Source: Lingula anatina (lineage: Eukaryota; Animalia; Brachiopoda). Taken from it: a stretch of DNA of 64,000 bases. Made by a program: the position numbers and the translations under genes. Positions 14,001 to 25,814 of the stretch are shown piece after piece (within the stretch, counting starts at the first letter, position 1; each line of letters opens with the position of its first letter). The stretch is taken from positions 33,871,967 through 33,935,966 of the forward strand of contig CM120640.1 in the NCBI GenBank assembly GCA_051362555.1, written 5' to 3'. Under the pieces are notes generated by a model. The model saw nothing but the letters and a program-made list of their open reading frames with translations. It was not told where the DNA came from and did not search any database.

Positions 14001-16993
14001 GCACTGTGATTAAGAAGCTTGTGTTTCACCTTCTGAGGTGGTGATAAAGAATAATAGGTGCCCCTACCATCTTGATGGAGTGGCAGCAGGCACCTTTACA
14101 TTATCTGAGGAGTTCATTAAAGCAATGATGGGATAGGAAGGTGAGACATATAACAACCTGATTCAGGAAATATCCGACCAATAGATGGCAGCCTTAGAAA
14201 ATGTCCTCGAGAAACACAATGTTGCTATGCCACGACACGCGTTTCCCAATACAGAAAGTGTCTTGAAATTTACTTTTCGTGTCTTTTTCGCATCTGTTAA
14301 TCATTAATCAACTGAGTCATCTGGCGGCACGTGTCATTCATACGTTAAAGCAACAAGGTAACTTACAGAGATGATGTAAAATGGGGTCATTGCATGGGCC
14401 GAATAAATACTGTAATATGCGCAATGCTTGTATTTTGGTAGAATATTCGCCAACAAACTATAAATATGTTGGTATTATTTGTATGAAGAAGATGCCCTCA
14501 TAAGAGACCAGTTATCAAGAACATCTCATTGTGATGTAGTTGAAATAAAACAGTTAAAAGTGTCGCAAATAAGGGTACATTTTCGTTAAATTATATATAG
14601 GTCTTTATTGGTAGACGACTTCATTCTATCAAACAAAAAACATTTTTTTTTTAAACTTCAAACAGCAGCGGCTTGTCCAATTGGACATTTTACTTCTACA
14701 AAAGAATTAATTACACAAAATACACCCAAGGAAGTAAAACCAAGACGAATGACACAAAGACAAGATTCTCCAAGCGGTCGTTATTTATCCTGACAGTCCG
14801 CCCGGCCATCCCTATACATTCACCCTGACTCAGCTGAGAAACACCACTCATGTTTCAACTCAAATGGAAGGAAACATGGACGTCTTGAAAACCAAAACTC
14901 ATAACTACCATCCAAATTACGTAATCTTAAAAACTCCCATCATTGTGCAACCAAATTTTGCAACTTAGACACTCACAGCAATGAATTTCCAAATAAGTTT
15001 CGTTTCTCATTTTGGAGTACTGCGCGTCGGTCCCGAGACCTTGATTCCTCACCCGTAAACATCAATCAATGACCAACATGTATCTTTATCACTGGTCAGA
15101 TAAACTGGTAGCCTGAGTTCAAAATGACTGTCTGAATTATATGGAATAAAATTTAGTAATGGTATTACTTTATTAAATTTTGCTAACAGAAGTATGATAA
15201 GGCATCGTCTAAAAGATTATATACGTGCATGTAGTAGCAATGGTATGAATATTCAAAAGCAACAGGCTGACAAGCGATTAAGGAACGCGAGTGAAGAAAG
15301 GGCGAAAAACAAGTTTGGTGAACATAGTAAGCCATTGATACCAGCACATAAAACAGATTATTTCAGGACTGATCCAAAAGTATAAAACTAATGAATACTA
15401 AAGAGAGAAAGAGAGAGGGAGTGGGAGAGGGAGGGAAAGAGAGAGAGAGAGAGAGAGACGTAGGGAAAGAGAGAGGGAGGAAGAGAGAGAGAGAGAGAGA
15501 GCAATGTGGTATAGAAAATTAATGAGAAAATCCATTGATAATCTGCCTTTCAGTAGGGACAAAGCTGAATTCGCAGCGCGTGCTTTCATCTACCACATTG
15601 CGGCTACATTTGAGATGGTCAGACACGATATCATCTACCAAAATTTATGGTTTCATGTTTGACAAGACCACCAAACTTCCAGTAACAAGAAGTTAACGTG
15701 ATGGTTTATATAAAGACGACAAGATGTGAAGCAGGCGATTGTTCTTACGCGTGTATGTATCTGTAGAGCCTTTGAACAAATAACATTTCCTTTTGTGCTG
15801 CTTTTCTGTTTGTTGGATTTAGTTTATCCATTTCCTTGAAAGATAGGGTCGCTTTTGACGACAAAAGGATGTATTTAGAAATGAATCTAAGATCATCATC
15901 TAAAGAAAATATGTACTTGTTGAGCGAATGTGAAAGACAATGGCACAAATACAGGTAGTGGAATACACCGTTGCCTTATACATTTTTACATGTACCTTGT
16001 CCAAAACTGCAACGAACGCCATCGACCTTTGAATTTTATCACAAGCATACAGGTACTGTATATGAGTATCTATGAATAGTTTTCGTGCAACGATAAATTT
16101 AGAGGAATTACATTATTTTTCAATGTAAAATCCTTGGTATCTTTTGATCAAAATAATCTTCATTCCCTTTTTTATATAATACAAAGTCCATTATAAACAC
16201 ATCATAAACCTAAAGATAAATGTAGCATAAATATATCACCAATCATACTTGAAGTTTACCTAAGACATTCTCGACAGAAATCATTGGCCTGGTTTCAAAA
16301 ACCATCATTCCCATTTTACAATAATTATTATAATGCACAAGTATATTTTTTTGGCGAGGTTAGCACAGAGGGAGGGAGTGGCGCAGAGGCAGGGGCAGTG
16401 CAGTTCAACTTACCGGGACAAGGGCCGTCGTTGCAGTTCCGGACTTCGAAGCAAGGGCCGTCACACTCAGAGCCTAGACATTCTCGTGTTCGAACGGACT
16501 TTCCGTCCCCACATGTGGCACTGCAGCAAGACCACTCCGTCCATGGTCCGAACCCTACAATTAGATGAAAATTGAAATAATATTTTTGATTTTTTAATGT
16601 GATTGATACTGGTGTAAACCCTAAATTGATCAGGTAACACATAATCGCAGCAAGACATACAAGTATGCCAAACTTCAGTTTATTTTAACCTCCGTTTAGT
16701 GGTAAAAATGTGTCGACATGCCTCATTGGAACTTCTGTTTGTTAATATAATGAACATAGAAAATGTTGAAATATGTACCCAACATATTAATGTTCAAGAT
16801 ATGCGCATACTAGACAAATATTGATATATCTTGATGCTCCCTTAAAATACCGACCATTTAAGTGTGTCTAAAAATAAGGTATAAGAATATCGAAAAATTC
16901 TGAAAAAAAATGAATAAGCTCACCTGCATCTGTGTACTGTGCTTGAGAATATCCCAGAAATGCTACCAGTACGAGGCAGACCAACTTGTTCAT
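270..16993 (-). CDS. Multi-exon gene (continues beyond window start): secreted protein with signal peptide, 20 TSP1 repeats and at least two chitin-binding type-2-like domains (PIF/BMSP-like extracellular matrix protein)
   Basis: 23 exons with GT-AG boundaries, all introns phase 1, joining into one open frame; WxxWxxCSxxCG..RxRxC motifs; ChtBD2 motif CSKFYHC..CPRGLFWDQEKLTC. Confidence 0.9.
721..954 (-). CDS. Exon: chitin-binding type-2 (peritrophin-A) domain
   Basis: VSYCDMC..DPEDCSKFYHC..CPRGLFWDQEKLTCVFC; acceptor ttcag, donor gtgag; 234 nt. Confidence 0.9.
1321..1375. repeat. (AATAT)n microsatellite
   Basis: Direct reading. Confidence 0.9.
2362..2370 (-). CDS. Candidate 9-nt microexon (adds GSE) between TSR20 and ChtBD2
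   Basis: attacaacag|GGTCAGAAG|gtaaga; frame-preserving phase 1-1, strong donor. Confidence 0.5.
3135..3305 (-). CDS. TSP1 exon 20
   Basis: CWSDWSAWTTCSATCNGGIRSRTRTC..CNSQSCDA; 171 nt. Confidence 0.88.
3483..3665 (-). CDS. TSP1 exon 19
   Basis: DCTCGAWEAWTPCSATCGGGSRSRSRLC..CNAVDCGDYNK; 183 nt. Confidence 0.88.
3939..4106 (-). CDS. TSP1 exon 18
   Basis: PCTCEAWSQWSTCSVSCGGG..CNSGCCP; 168 nt. Confidence 0.9.
4462..4635 (-). CDS. TSP1 exon 17 (174-nt class)
   Basis: DCTCNDWTPWSKCSASCGPGG..CVNNVPCA; AG/GT boundaries. Confidence 0.9.
4976..5149 (-). CDS. TSP1 exon 16 (174-nt class)
   Basis: DCTCNDWAPWSTCSASCGPGG..CLNTVPCA. Confidence 0.9.
5410..5583 (-). CDS. TSP1 exon 15 (174-nt class)
   Basis: DCKCGDWTPWSTCSASCGPGG..CVNNVPCA. 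Confidence 0.9.
5815..5988 (-). CDS. TSP1 exon 14 (174-nt class; absent from ORF track)
   Basis: DCKCGDWAPWSKCSVSCGPGG..CILSVPCA. Confidence 0.9.
6106..6279 (-). CDS. TSP1 exon 13 (174-nt class)
   Basis: DCKCGDWTPWSKCSASCGPGG..CVNNVPCA. Confidence 0.9.
6500..6673 (-). CDS. TSP1 exon 12 (174-nt class; absent from ORF track)
   Basis: DCTCNDWTPWSKCSASCGPGG..CVNNVPCA. Confidence 0.9.
6979..7152 (-). CDS. TSP1 exon 11 (174-nt class)
   Basis: DCTCNDWAPWSTCSASCGPGG..CVNNVPCA; AAG acceptor. Confidence 0.88.
7487..7660 (-). CDS. TSP1 exon 10 (174-nt class; absent from ORF track)
   Basis: DCKCGDWNPWNACSASCGPGG..CINNVPCP. Confidence 0.9.
7899..7964. repeat. (AT)n microsatellite
   Basis: Direct reading; a second (AT)n tract lies at about 11035-11087. 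Confidence 0.9.
8409..8576 (-). CDS. TSP1 exon 9
   Basis: PCTCGIWASWSQCSVSCGGG..CNTRVCP; 168 nt. Confidence 0.9.
8646..8776. mobile_element. Small foldback/MITE-like element in intron
   Basis: Terminal inverted repeat GTCTAAATTCTG...CAGAATTTAGAC plus an inner imperfect inverted repeat. Confidence 0.6.
9022..9177 (-). CDS. TSP1 exon 8 (short 156-nt class)
   Basis: PCTCGVWSSWTQCSMSCGVGG..CGRFPCP. Confidence 0.88.
9551..9718 (-). CDS. TSP1 exon 7
   Basis: GCSCQEWGEWEQCSASCGGG..CNSQSCA; 168 nt. Confidence 0.9.
10601..10768 (-). CDS. TSP1 exon 6
   Basis: PCQCETWAAWGTCSATCGGG..CNVYGCP; 168 nt. Confidence 0.9.
11274..11444 (-). CDS. TSP1 exon 5
   Basis: PCTCEETWGVWSQCSVSCGGG..CNSYGCP; 171 nt. 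Confidence 0.9.
11830..11985 (-). CDS. TSP1 exon 4 (short 156-nt class; absent from ORF track)
   Basis: PCVCDTWSAWGQCSATCGSGG..CYVQECP. Confidence 0.88.
12853..13017 (-). CDS. TSP1 exon 3 (donor splits the last Cys codon; possibly alternative or terminal)
   Basis: DCTCEEWADNWGDCSARCGNG..ACQLPI then T|gtaagc; 165 nt. Confidence 0.75.
13627..13797 (-). CDS. TSP1 exon 2
   Basis: DGGWSEWTDWMCCSKTCGGG..CNNPAPLNGGKDCEG..CNTHECP; 171 nt. Confidence 0.92.
14100..16320 (+). pseudogene. Decayed Toll-like-receptor-like relic nested antisense in intron 2 of the TSR gene
   Basis: Ordered fragments across frameshifts: YNNLIQEISD (~14150), NQLSHLAARVIHTLKQ (~14306), LDILLLQKN (~14681), ENPLIIC (~15526), hydrophobic ITFPFVLLFCLLDLVYPFP*KI (~15780), NSFRATI (~16075). 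Confidence 0.45.
15400..15501. repeat. Imperfect (GA)n purine tract
   Basis: Direct reading. Confidence 0.85.
16414..16554 (-). CDS. TSP1 exon 1
   Basis: FGPWTEWSCCSATCGDGKSVRTRECLGSECDGPCFEVRNCNDGPCP; 141 nt. Confidence 0.9.
16924..16993 (-). CDS. First coding exon: signal peptide MNKLVCLVLVAFLGYSQAQYTDA
   Basis: ATG, hydrophobic core, SQA cleavage context, donor CAG|gtgagc in phase 1 joining the next exon in frame. Confidence 0.85.
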
Positions 16994-17095
16994 GACTTGG
17001 TACGCTGGAATTCAAAGGCACACAATATAGTTTTTTTGTAATCTCTGGTTATCAGGTATATGACACGGCTTTTACTTGGCACAGCAGACCTTTTC

Positions 17096-17102
17096 CTTTA
17101 TA
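17096..17102 (-). promoter_or_regulatory. Possible TATA box of the TSR gene
   Basis: TATAAAG about 105 nt upstream of the ATG; an upstream non-coding exon is not excluded because ttccag precedes the ATG. Confidence 0.3.
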
Positions 17103-18029
17103 ACTGTGCTGTATATAGTCAAGCCGATGTTTTCTTAAGCTGAGGCAGCTAGTCCTTCTTTGGCAGCTAGTTCTTCTTTCCTCATTGTGGAAAGAAAGAC
17201 AGATTCAAGCTATTTATCCTGTCCGTAGGTTCGACTTGACGTCATGGTTATAGAAACTATTTGAATAGAACCATGAGTAATAAAAGCCTATTATATCTTT
17301 ATGGTATTTAATTCCTCTTATTCGCATCTCATTAAGAAGGCAGTGACAAATTATTTGAAAAATAGACGGAACGCTACTTCGTAATGGCATTAAATTCCTT
17401 TTGATCCTTTCTGCTGGCCTATAGGTGAGAGGAAAAGCGGTGTGACGTTTTATAATGTATTGACATATTTATATATTTAAAAAAACTGGCTTAATATTGA
17501 ACAAAGATTCAACAAAGTAAGAGATTTTTTAAAAAATGGATGTTACATGGCCATGGTTGTTAATCCCTTTGAAAGCATTTCTTTTAAAAGAAAGTGAAAA
17601 GCTGAAATAGTAAACATAAACTGAATATTCACCACTTCTATGATATGATATATGTGAGTGGATACTGCGAATTAGCAATGCTCATCCTCTTGAGTAAAGT
17701 GCTAAATGTTAAAAGATGTAAACAAGTCGTGATTTATTTTCTTTTTTGTAGTTCTCCCTAAAACATTCCCTGGTTGGCAATACTTCCATAACCACAAATA
17801 TTACATTTTCCTAACATTTTCCATCAATTTAATTAAAACGCATTTTCCTCCTCGAAGAGCTTGAATTTTGAAAGTAAAAAAAGATTACTATAAAAATGCA
17901 GGAATGCTCCTGATTAATGGGAGAGTAATGGTCTTAGAATGCGAGTTCATAAATTTATTCTGACAGTTGGCAAATAGCAAGGCGGAATATATTTTGAGAT
18001 ACAGCGTCCTCTAAAGACCCAATATTTCG

Positions 18030-19750
18030 GGCCAGATATTGCATCAAAAGGCTTGTCAAGATTGTACCGGCACAATCTCCCTCTTTTCATCCAAATACCA
18101 CGGATTATACCTTACGTTGCTAGGAAAAAAAGTTAGGTCTTTTTGTTGACTTTTCTCTTCTTTTCAGGCGATCGACCTTATCAGACAAAAGTCGAAATTG
18201 ATTAATGACTGCTCGTCCCACTCGTCGCGTAAGTACACAATACTTAAAATAAAGGTCTAGATAAGTTGAATAAAAGTCTTTTTTATTATGGACACCCTTC
18301 TGACGACATGTCCCGATGAAGTCCAGTTTCTGTTGAAAAATGGACAGTTCGCACGACATTTGTCAAAACCATGACAAATTTCACTGAAATTATTTTTCAA
18401 GTTTGATTCATGATATTTGCCGGACAATCGGTCAGGGCGGGAGAAAGAGAAGTATATCTTTACTGTTTTAATGGACATTAATAATGGCCAGTAATGTCTA
18501 TTGAACAGAACTCACACTCAATTTTATAATGATGATAGAGTCGAACAGTGGTGACGTTGTTAAAAAAGATATCTACCTACAGGAAAAACATATTATCTTT
18601 GCGCCATTAACTGGCAGTAACCGGTAAGCAACTTCTTCTTTGGGCTTGGTGGAGATTTATGAAAATACAGTACAATAAACTGTCTATTTTTTTCATTGGT
18701 TTGAACGTGTCTTCGAGTCATTTTTTACAACTGAGTGTTATTGTTGAAATCTCTTTCACACCGCTCAGTTTGTTCCCTCTCAAACGTGACCTGGCTGACA
18801 ATAAATTAAGGAAAACTATTAAGTTGTTGTTAAAATTCTCATTATCAAAACATATTAGTCTGAACATCTCAAGAACTTCCTATAGCAACAAAAGTTGCAT
18901 TTGGCCGCATGTAGGACACAGCGCTTGGATCAAGATCGCCAAAAACCCTGTTTTCCAGCACGTGAAAATCCCACAGGCGAAAGCTAACAGGATTTACATG
19001 CGGTTTAGCAGTAGAAGTTTGACTTGCATAATAAACTGTAAAACTGCACACAGTCATGCATTGTTCCTACGCCTCATTCAATATTCCGGGCGACATGCAA
19101 CCTATCTTGCCTTAATTGAGGGAGACAGGCGCAAGGTTACCTTCATATGATTAGAAGTATGTGCGCTTAAGGGCGGCTATTTGTATTTTTACGTACCCAG
19201 TCAAGTTGTATTGTAGCCGCCAATTTGAGGTTTTGAAAAAAGGTGACAAGGCGTGAGAATGAAGGTAGTATCCTCCACAGGTTTTGCCTAAGACGGGTAA
19301 TAAATTCTAATTAATGTCCTTAGTCCATGTCCATCCTTTTTGTAACACGCCCGGTAAACTATTAATGTTTACATTTCGCACCTTGCACTGTCCATTGGCA
19401 AATAAAAAACGAGAAACGATCTATATACATGCAAATACGTGGGGAGAGTGTCTATGTTTGATTTTAACCTGATTTTATATATTATGTTTACGATCTATAT
19501 CTTATAGTGAATATAACAAAAAAAAAAATAACACAGCAGTACGGCGTCTGATTAAGAGCACCCTTTTATCTTGTTTAGTAATGATGCATTGGCTTCTAGG
19601 TTATTATAATTGCACGTCAGTGTTATGGCGGTTAAATGTTCAAGAAAACGTAGGCCTAGAAATCACATGTTCGTCTCGGTCTTCCTTTTGTACGATAATA
19701 CAAATGTTGGGTCCTGGAGAGAATAAAATAAGGAGATGGGGTGGAGGGGT
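18030..19750 (+). pseudogene. Decayed LRR/TLR-like relic A
   Basis: CIKRLVKIVP..PNTTD, ELTLNF..KDIYLQEKHI, FPLKRDLADNKL, then TIR-like VQENVGLEITCSSRSSFCTII (~19640). Confidence 0.35.
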
Positions 19751-20069
19751 CATGTTTTCTATGCTTACACTTTGGGTCCGTCTACATTATAACGCATCGT
19801 GGGCTATATATTTATTACAACTGCATATTCATTATTGCACCCGCTTCACCACTTTAACCCTACCTGAAGAAGATAGGTCATCAAATAAAATAAAAATGTA
19901 TTGAAACTTTATAAAAGACTAATGGCTTGTTCAGTGAGAGTGCAAGTAACAAAAACATTTAAGTTGTTCTTTTCTAATACATGTACATGCAGGTCGTGCC
20001 TGGTGTGTGTCACCTTGTATCCACGAGGCAGCTGGGACGGAAAAAGAATTTGGCACAGCACCTATCAAG

Positions 20070-22620
20070 TTAAATTCGTTTGTACATGTATGAACATTCA
20101 ACTGATTCCAATATAAGGACACATATTTCTGTTCTTGCAAATCCTTTATATATACCACTGGCCTCATTATATCGCCCCTGATTAAATTTTGCCAACTAGC
20201 ATGGAAGTGTGTCTTTGGTTGTTACAGATCATCAAGTACTGGTACGATGACGTCTTTAAGTTTTGTTTTCTATGATGGTGCAAAACCTTAGCATCATCTC
20301 AATTTGTAAGCATATGAAGTCAGCGTTTCTTAGGCGTCACTGGTGCTTTAATTAAACCGTGATTACGCACAGCGGCATCTGTAATATATGTACCGGTACA
20401 TTTATATATGAAAGTATGTTAGGAAACAGTCAACATGATCGATAAAGGCAATGAAAGTGAGATCTTTCTACCCTAAAACAATCCTATCACATCACCGGTG
20501 GAGTTGTGCTATCATTTTCGCAGGAAAACAAAGGCCATCCGAGTAAGTTTAAAACGAAACTGACAGCAGTGCTTGACGTCTTTCAAGAGTTTTCATGACC
20601 CTCCCTCCTTGATGGGAAAATAATATTTCCTATTCAATGTAAATAAACTGGGATTTATATACATATATATGAGAAAACTGATCAGTCGTCCGCGGCAGGT
20701 TCTTTGAAATGGTCCTGCTGGTATCTATATTAAGTCTACAAAAATTCAAGCCTATAATTTTCAATCATTCATATGAGCCATTATTTGCACTATTTAAAGG
20801 TCAGAGTATTCTGCAATTCAAATAAAAAATAAATCACATATACTGCATGTTAATCAGGTAATGTCCAGACTTGAACCTATTCCAGTGTATACTGCCCAGC
20901 TGGGGTTAAAAGTTTAACTCATTGCTTTAAGTGCATTCATTTCTTAAATGTAAAATAGTGAAGTTTTCTATTGATTATCTGTATTACACTAAGGTATGGT
21001 CAGGTGAAGACTTTTAGTAACGTCCATAGATCGTAAATGTAGTGCGTCAATCAAAAATAAAAAGAAAATGAAAAACTATTTAATGAGTGAAAGTATAACA
21101 ATTTCAATCAAATTTAATTTTCATGTTTATTTTTGCACCGATAATACAAACACTGTACCTTTAAAGCTTCTTTTGGTGTGTCATACCGGATGCTTGTTCA
21201 AGCTAAGTGGAGTTTTTAAAGCGTTATATGATTTTCAATGAATGTATTCTAAGAATAAAAAATATTCCTGACACGGTGAATCACAAGAACACTTACTGTA
21301 ATAGACATAAAAGCAATTTCACCCTTGATAGGTTTTGTTAAATGCTTCTTTGACGCCTCTGTCTATTAGAATAGCGACAAGAAAACTGCCATCATCTAAG
21401 CTGATTCACTGATGATTTCCACGGAGTACGGAGGAAAACCCCTTGATTTGATATGCGCATACTTTAGTGTGAGGTTCACAAAATTTTTGAAGCACTTGTT
21501 ACGTCGAGGCAACGGTTCGTAAAACACTGGTCATTATTACTGCGATAGTGGCAAAATGATTTGTATTTAGATCAAACAAGGCCACATACCGAAATTAAAT
21601 CAGTCAATAGATAAATAGACAGATAAATTATGTGATTAAAACCGATTATCTAGAGCAAAATGGGTCGTATGAATTCTTCAGTCATTTGATGCAGTATTGA
21701 GACCCAGCAACACAGACAATAAAGGACATCTTTAACAAAACGCAATGCAATCTCCCGCGATCGCCGAACAAGGTCAACGTTTTATGAATGGAGAACATTT
21801 CTTTGAGGTTAGTAAATTTGAAACAAAACGCCTCGAATACTTTACGACATGATACTCGGTGACCTTTTACTTGGGTGTGACTTTGAACATTAGCCGCCTA
21901 CTAAACCACTAACATATAAATTTGCTTATTCGAATAAAATGTTTCTCAATTGTTCTGTTTTACCACATGCATATAATATTCAAGCGACTTTGCTCTCGCT
22001 TGTCGCGCTGCAGTTGTCAGTATGAAGGATTTTGTGATGAATCTGATACAACGTTTTTTTACTGTTCACTGACAAGTATGGATAAATCCCGCACACGCAA
22101 CTAGATGTACACATTTGGTATTGCACTTCTTAGTTGACGTAAATCAAAATGTCAGATTTTTTTTAAGTAATAATTTTCTTTCGCAAGGGGGTAGAATCCC
22201 AGGCATTTAACCCATACACCGGGTACAGTTAATCGAGATAGGTGCTTTACATGCATTATCATAATGGTCTGATTAACTAGAATTTATGAAAAAAATACCT
22301 ATATTTAACTGGCAGGGGTCATTAGTAAGACACTCAAACATGTTATTACGCGAACTGTTGGGTCCAAGTTTGAACCTCAACCTTGACATCGAAGCCTCTG
22401 TACATTTTTGTACATAAAACTTCGTTTTCTGAATTGTAGAGATGACTGGCCTCCCCGCGACGGAGGGGAGGAACAGGGCCCCCTTATCAGCATCAGGGAA
22501 GTACTTTGTCTGCGTGTGAATGTACATACTTTGTCTGGGTATCGTCACGCGAACTCAGGTAGAGGTTTCTTTGACTCCGGTTTCGTGATCTCGTTTATAG
22601 TTATTCCTTGCCGACCAAAA
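20070..22620 (+). pseudogene. Decayed TLR-like relic B (LRRs, LRRCT, TIR)
   Basis: LPTSMEV..YDDVFK (~20190), DLYLDQ, KTDYLEQN, RCSCQ (~22006), TIR-spaced WV..KLRFLNCRDDWPP..SIREVLCL..W..EL..RDL..FIVI (22355-22610). Confidence 0.5.
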
Positions 22621-22717
22621 TCGGTAATATGTTCTCTTTAACAGTAAGTTTGCATAATAGGGAACCAGAGGGAGTTACATGTACCCACCCCTCACTTTTC
22701 TCAACCACGTCGGTGGG

Positions 22718-25700
22718 GGGGGGGGGGGGGGGGGGGGGGGAGGAGGTACTTAAAAAGGTACATTTAACATATACACGGACGTATACATTGACGCCTCAGT
22801 GGCTTTGGATGTAATCTTATTCTATGAATCCCATTCAAGTCCAAAGCAAAAAAAAAAGCAAGGATTCACTCATTAAAACACTTCAAAGGGATAAGAAAGA
22901 ATACAAAATGTAATGAGGTAACTGTTTTTATCACCTTGATGTGAACTTCATTTTACCATTAACATATGAATCGATAGTCATGACGTAAACACACCTCACA
23001 TCCTGGATAAAACCAACTTCACTTTGTTGAATCTAATAATGACGAGTGCTGTGAGAAACAAATTTATGCCGAATGTGAGTCACTGTTTATGAATGCATAT
23101 TTATATTAAAATACATATTTTTAGCTTTTTTACAGTAAATTCTCTGAAACACCAGCCCGCTTCCGCTTTTCCATCAAAATTATTTCATCTGGAGCACGTA
23201 GGCTACACACTAGCCAGGGGAGAAATAAACGTATTTACATCATGCAATTACCCTTTAAATAGGACTTCACAATCCTCCCAAAGTTTTAAATCAATTTGGT
23301 AGACGACGTTCGCAGTATCGACAATGATTTTATTCTAAGCTGAATTCTCAATTTGATGAAATCGTTCAAAGTGGGAAATCTGTGGATTACAATTAACAAG
23401 TTTCCTTTTAAACAGATATCGAGTGTATCTGACTCAAATTCCCATTGCTCTGACTTTCTCTAAAATCTATTCATTTCCAAGTTTCCAAAAAATATAATAA
23501 TAACAATTGAATAAGTGAAAACAAAAGGTTAAGGCGAGTGGGGGGGGGGGGGTACAGGCTGAGGTAAAGTCAATATCTGCATGCATGCTTAGGCCTACTC
23601 CATATTACAAATTGCAGTTGCCAATTAACAAACTATTGAATATATGGGTCGTTTCATTGTGTACAACCGTGCCGAAATTTCATACTTGTAGGTAAAAAAA
23701 GCACAATCCATCCTTTTTCTGCACCATATTCAGCGAGTAAAGCGTTACTGCCCTATGGAATTACTTACCTAAGTTTTTTAAAGATAAAATTTGGATCCTT
23801 AAACGAAACGCTCCTTTACATGACAAAATACCTCCGAAGCAAGGCAGTCCCGTATTTTATGACATTTACCTATAGTGAAGTCTATTTATACGGGCTCACA
23901 TATATGTTCTAATTATCGGTACCTGCCAAATCGACTCGATTTTCTACTTAGGGGTTGACCGCTACCTAATACGACGACCCAAGACACTGGTACACATCGT
24001 TTCATTTCACCACATAAATCGATTACAACATTTCTACCTTTTTTCAAAGATATTAAAAATTTGGTACCTTAAAATTGCTCCCAACCGGACCCCGAATCAT
24101 GACGGAATAAATCTGGTTCGTTTAAACTACATTAACGGATATCAAGTATGAAGTTAATTCGTGGGTAAAGGCACATCGTTATTTTACTTCAGACGTATTA
24201 TTAACTCTAAACACACTGTATAATTGACTGTGTACTGCAGATGATTTTTACCCGTCAGACCTTCAGGGGGGGGGGGGGGGGGGGGGGGAGGAGGTACTTA
24301 AAAAGGTACATTTAACATATACACGGACGTATACATTGACGCCTCAGTGGCTTTGGATGTAATCTTATTCTATGAATCCCATTCAAGTCCAAAGCAAAAA
24401 AAAAAGCAAGGATTCACTCATTAAAACACTTCAAAGGGATAAGAAAGAATACAAAATGTAATGAGGTAACTGTTTTTATCACCTTGATGTGAACTTCATT
24501 TTACCATTAACATATGAATCGATAGTCATGACGTAAACACACCTCACATCCTGGATAAAACCAACTTCACTTTGTTGAATCTAATAATGACGAGTGCTGT
24601 GAGAAACAAATTTATGCCGAATGTGAGTCACTGTTTATGAATGCATATTTATATTAAAATACATATTTTTAGCTTTTTTACAGTAAATTCTCTGAAACAC
24701 CAGCCCGCTTCCGCTTTTCCATCAAAATTATTTCATCTGGAGCACGTAGGCTACACACTAGCCAGGGGAGAAATAAACGTATTTACATCATGCAATTACC
24801 CTTTAAATAGGACTTCACAATCCTCCCAAAGTTTTAAATCAATTTGGTAGACGACGTTCGCAGTATCGACAATGATTTTATTCTAAGCTGAATTCTCAAT
24901 TTGATGAAATCGTTCAAAGTGGGAAATCTGTGGATTACAATTAACAAGTTTCCTTTTAAACAGATATCGAGTGTATCTGACTCAAATTCCCATTGCTCTG
25001 ACTTTCTCTAAAATCTATTCATTTCCAAGTTTCCAAAAAATATAATAATAACAATTGAATAAGTGAAAACAAAAGGTTAAGGCGAGTGGGGGGGGGGGGG
25101 TACAGGCTGAGGTAAAGTCAATATCTGCATGCATGCTTAGGCCTACTCCATATTACAAATTGCAGTTGCCAATTAACAAACTATTGAATATATGGGTCGT
25201 TTCATTGTGTACAACCGTGCCGAAATTTCATACTTGTAGGTAAAAAAAGCACAATCCATCCTTTTTCTGCACCATATTCAGCGAGTAAAGCGTTACTGCC
25301 CTATGGAATTACTTACCTAAGTTTTTTAAAGATAAAATTTGGATCCTTAAACGAAACGCTCCTTTACATGACAAAATACCTCCGAAGCAAGGCAGTCCCG
25401 TATTTTATGACATTTACCTATAGTGAAGTCTATTTATACGGGCTCACATATATGTTCTAATTATCGGTACCTGCCAAATCGACTCGATTTTCTACTTAGG
25501 GGTTGACCGCTACCTAATACGACGACCCAAGACACTGGTACACATCGTTTCATTTCACCACATAAATCGATTACAACATTTCTACCTTTTTTCAAAGATA
25601 TTAAAAATTTGGTACCTTAAAATTGCTCCCAACCGGACCCCGAATCATGACGGAATAAATCTGGTTCGTTTAAACTACATTAACGGATATCAAGTATGAA

Positions 25701-25814
25701 GTTAATTCGTGGGTAAAGGCACATCGTTATTTTACTTCAGACGTATTATTAACTCTAAACACACTGTATAATTGACTGTGTACTGCAGATGATTTTTACC
25801 CGTCAGACCTTCAG
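22718..25814. repeat. Tandem duplication, unit 1548 bp, two apparently identical copies joined at a poly-G tract
   Basis: Sequence from 22741 recurs at 24289; identical ORFs 23093..23302 and 24641..24850; both copies end in gtcagaccttcag. Confidence 0.95.

Noticed and set aside
23093-24850. Two identical 69-aa ORFs as a duplicated small gene
   Set aside because: By-product of the 1548-bp duplication; no recognisable domain or gene structure
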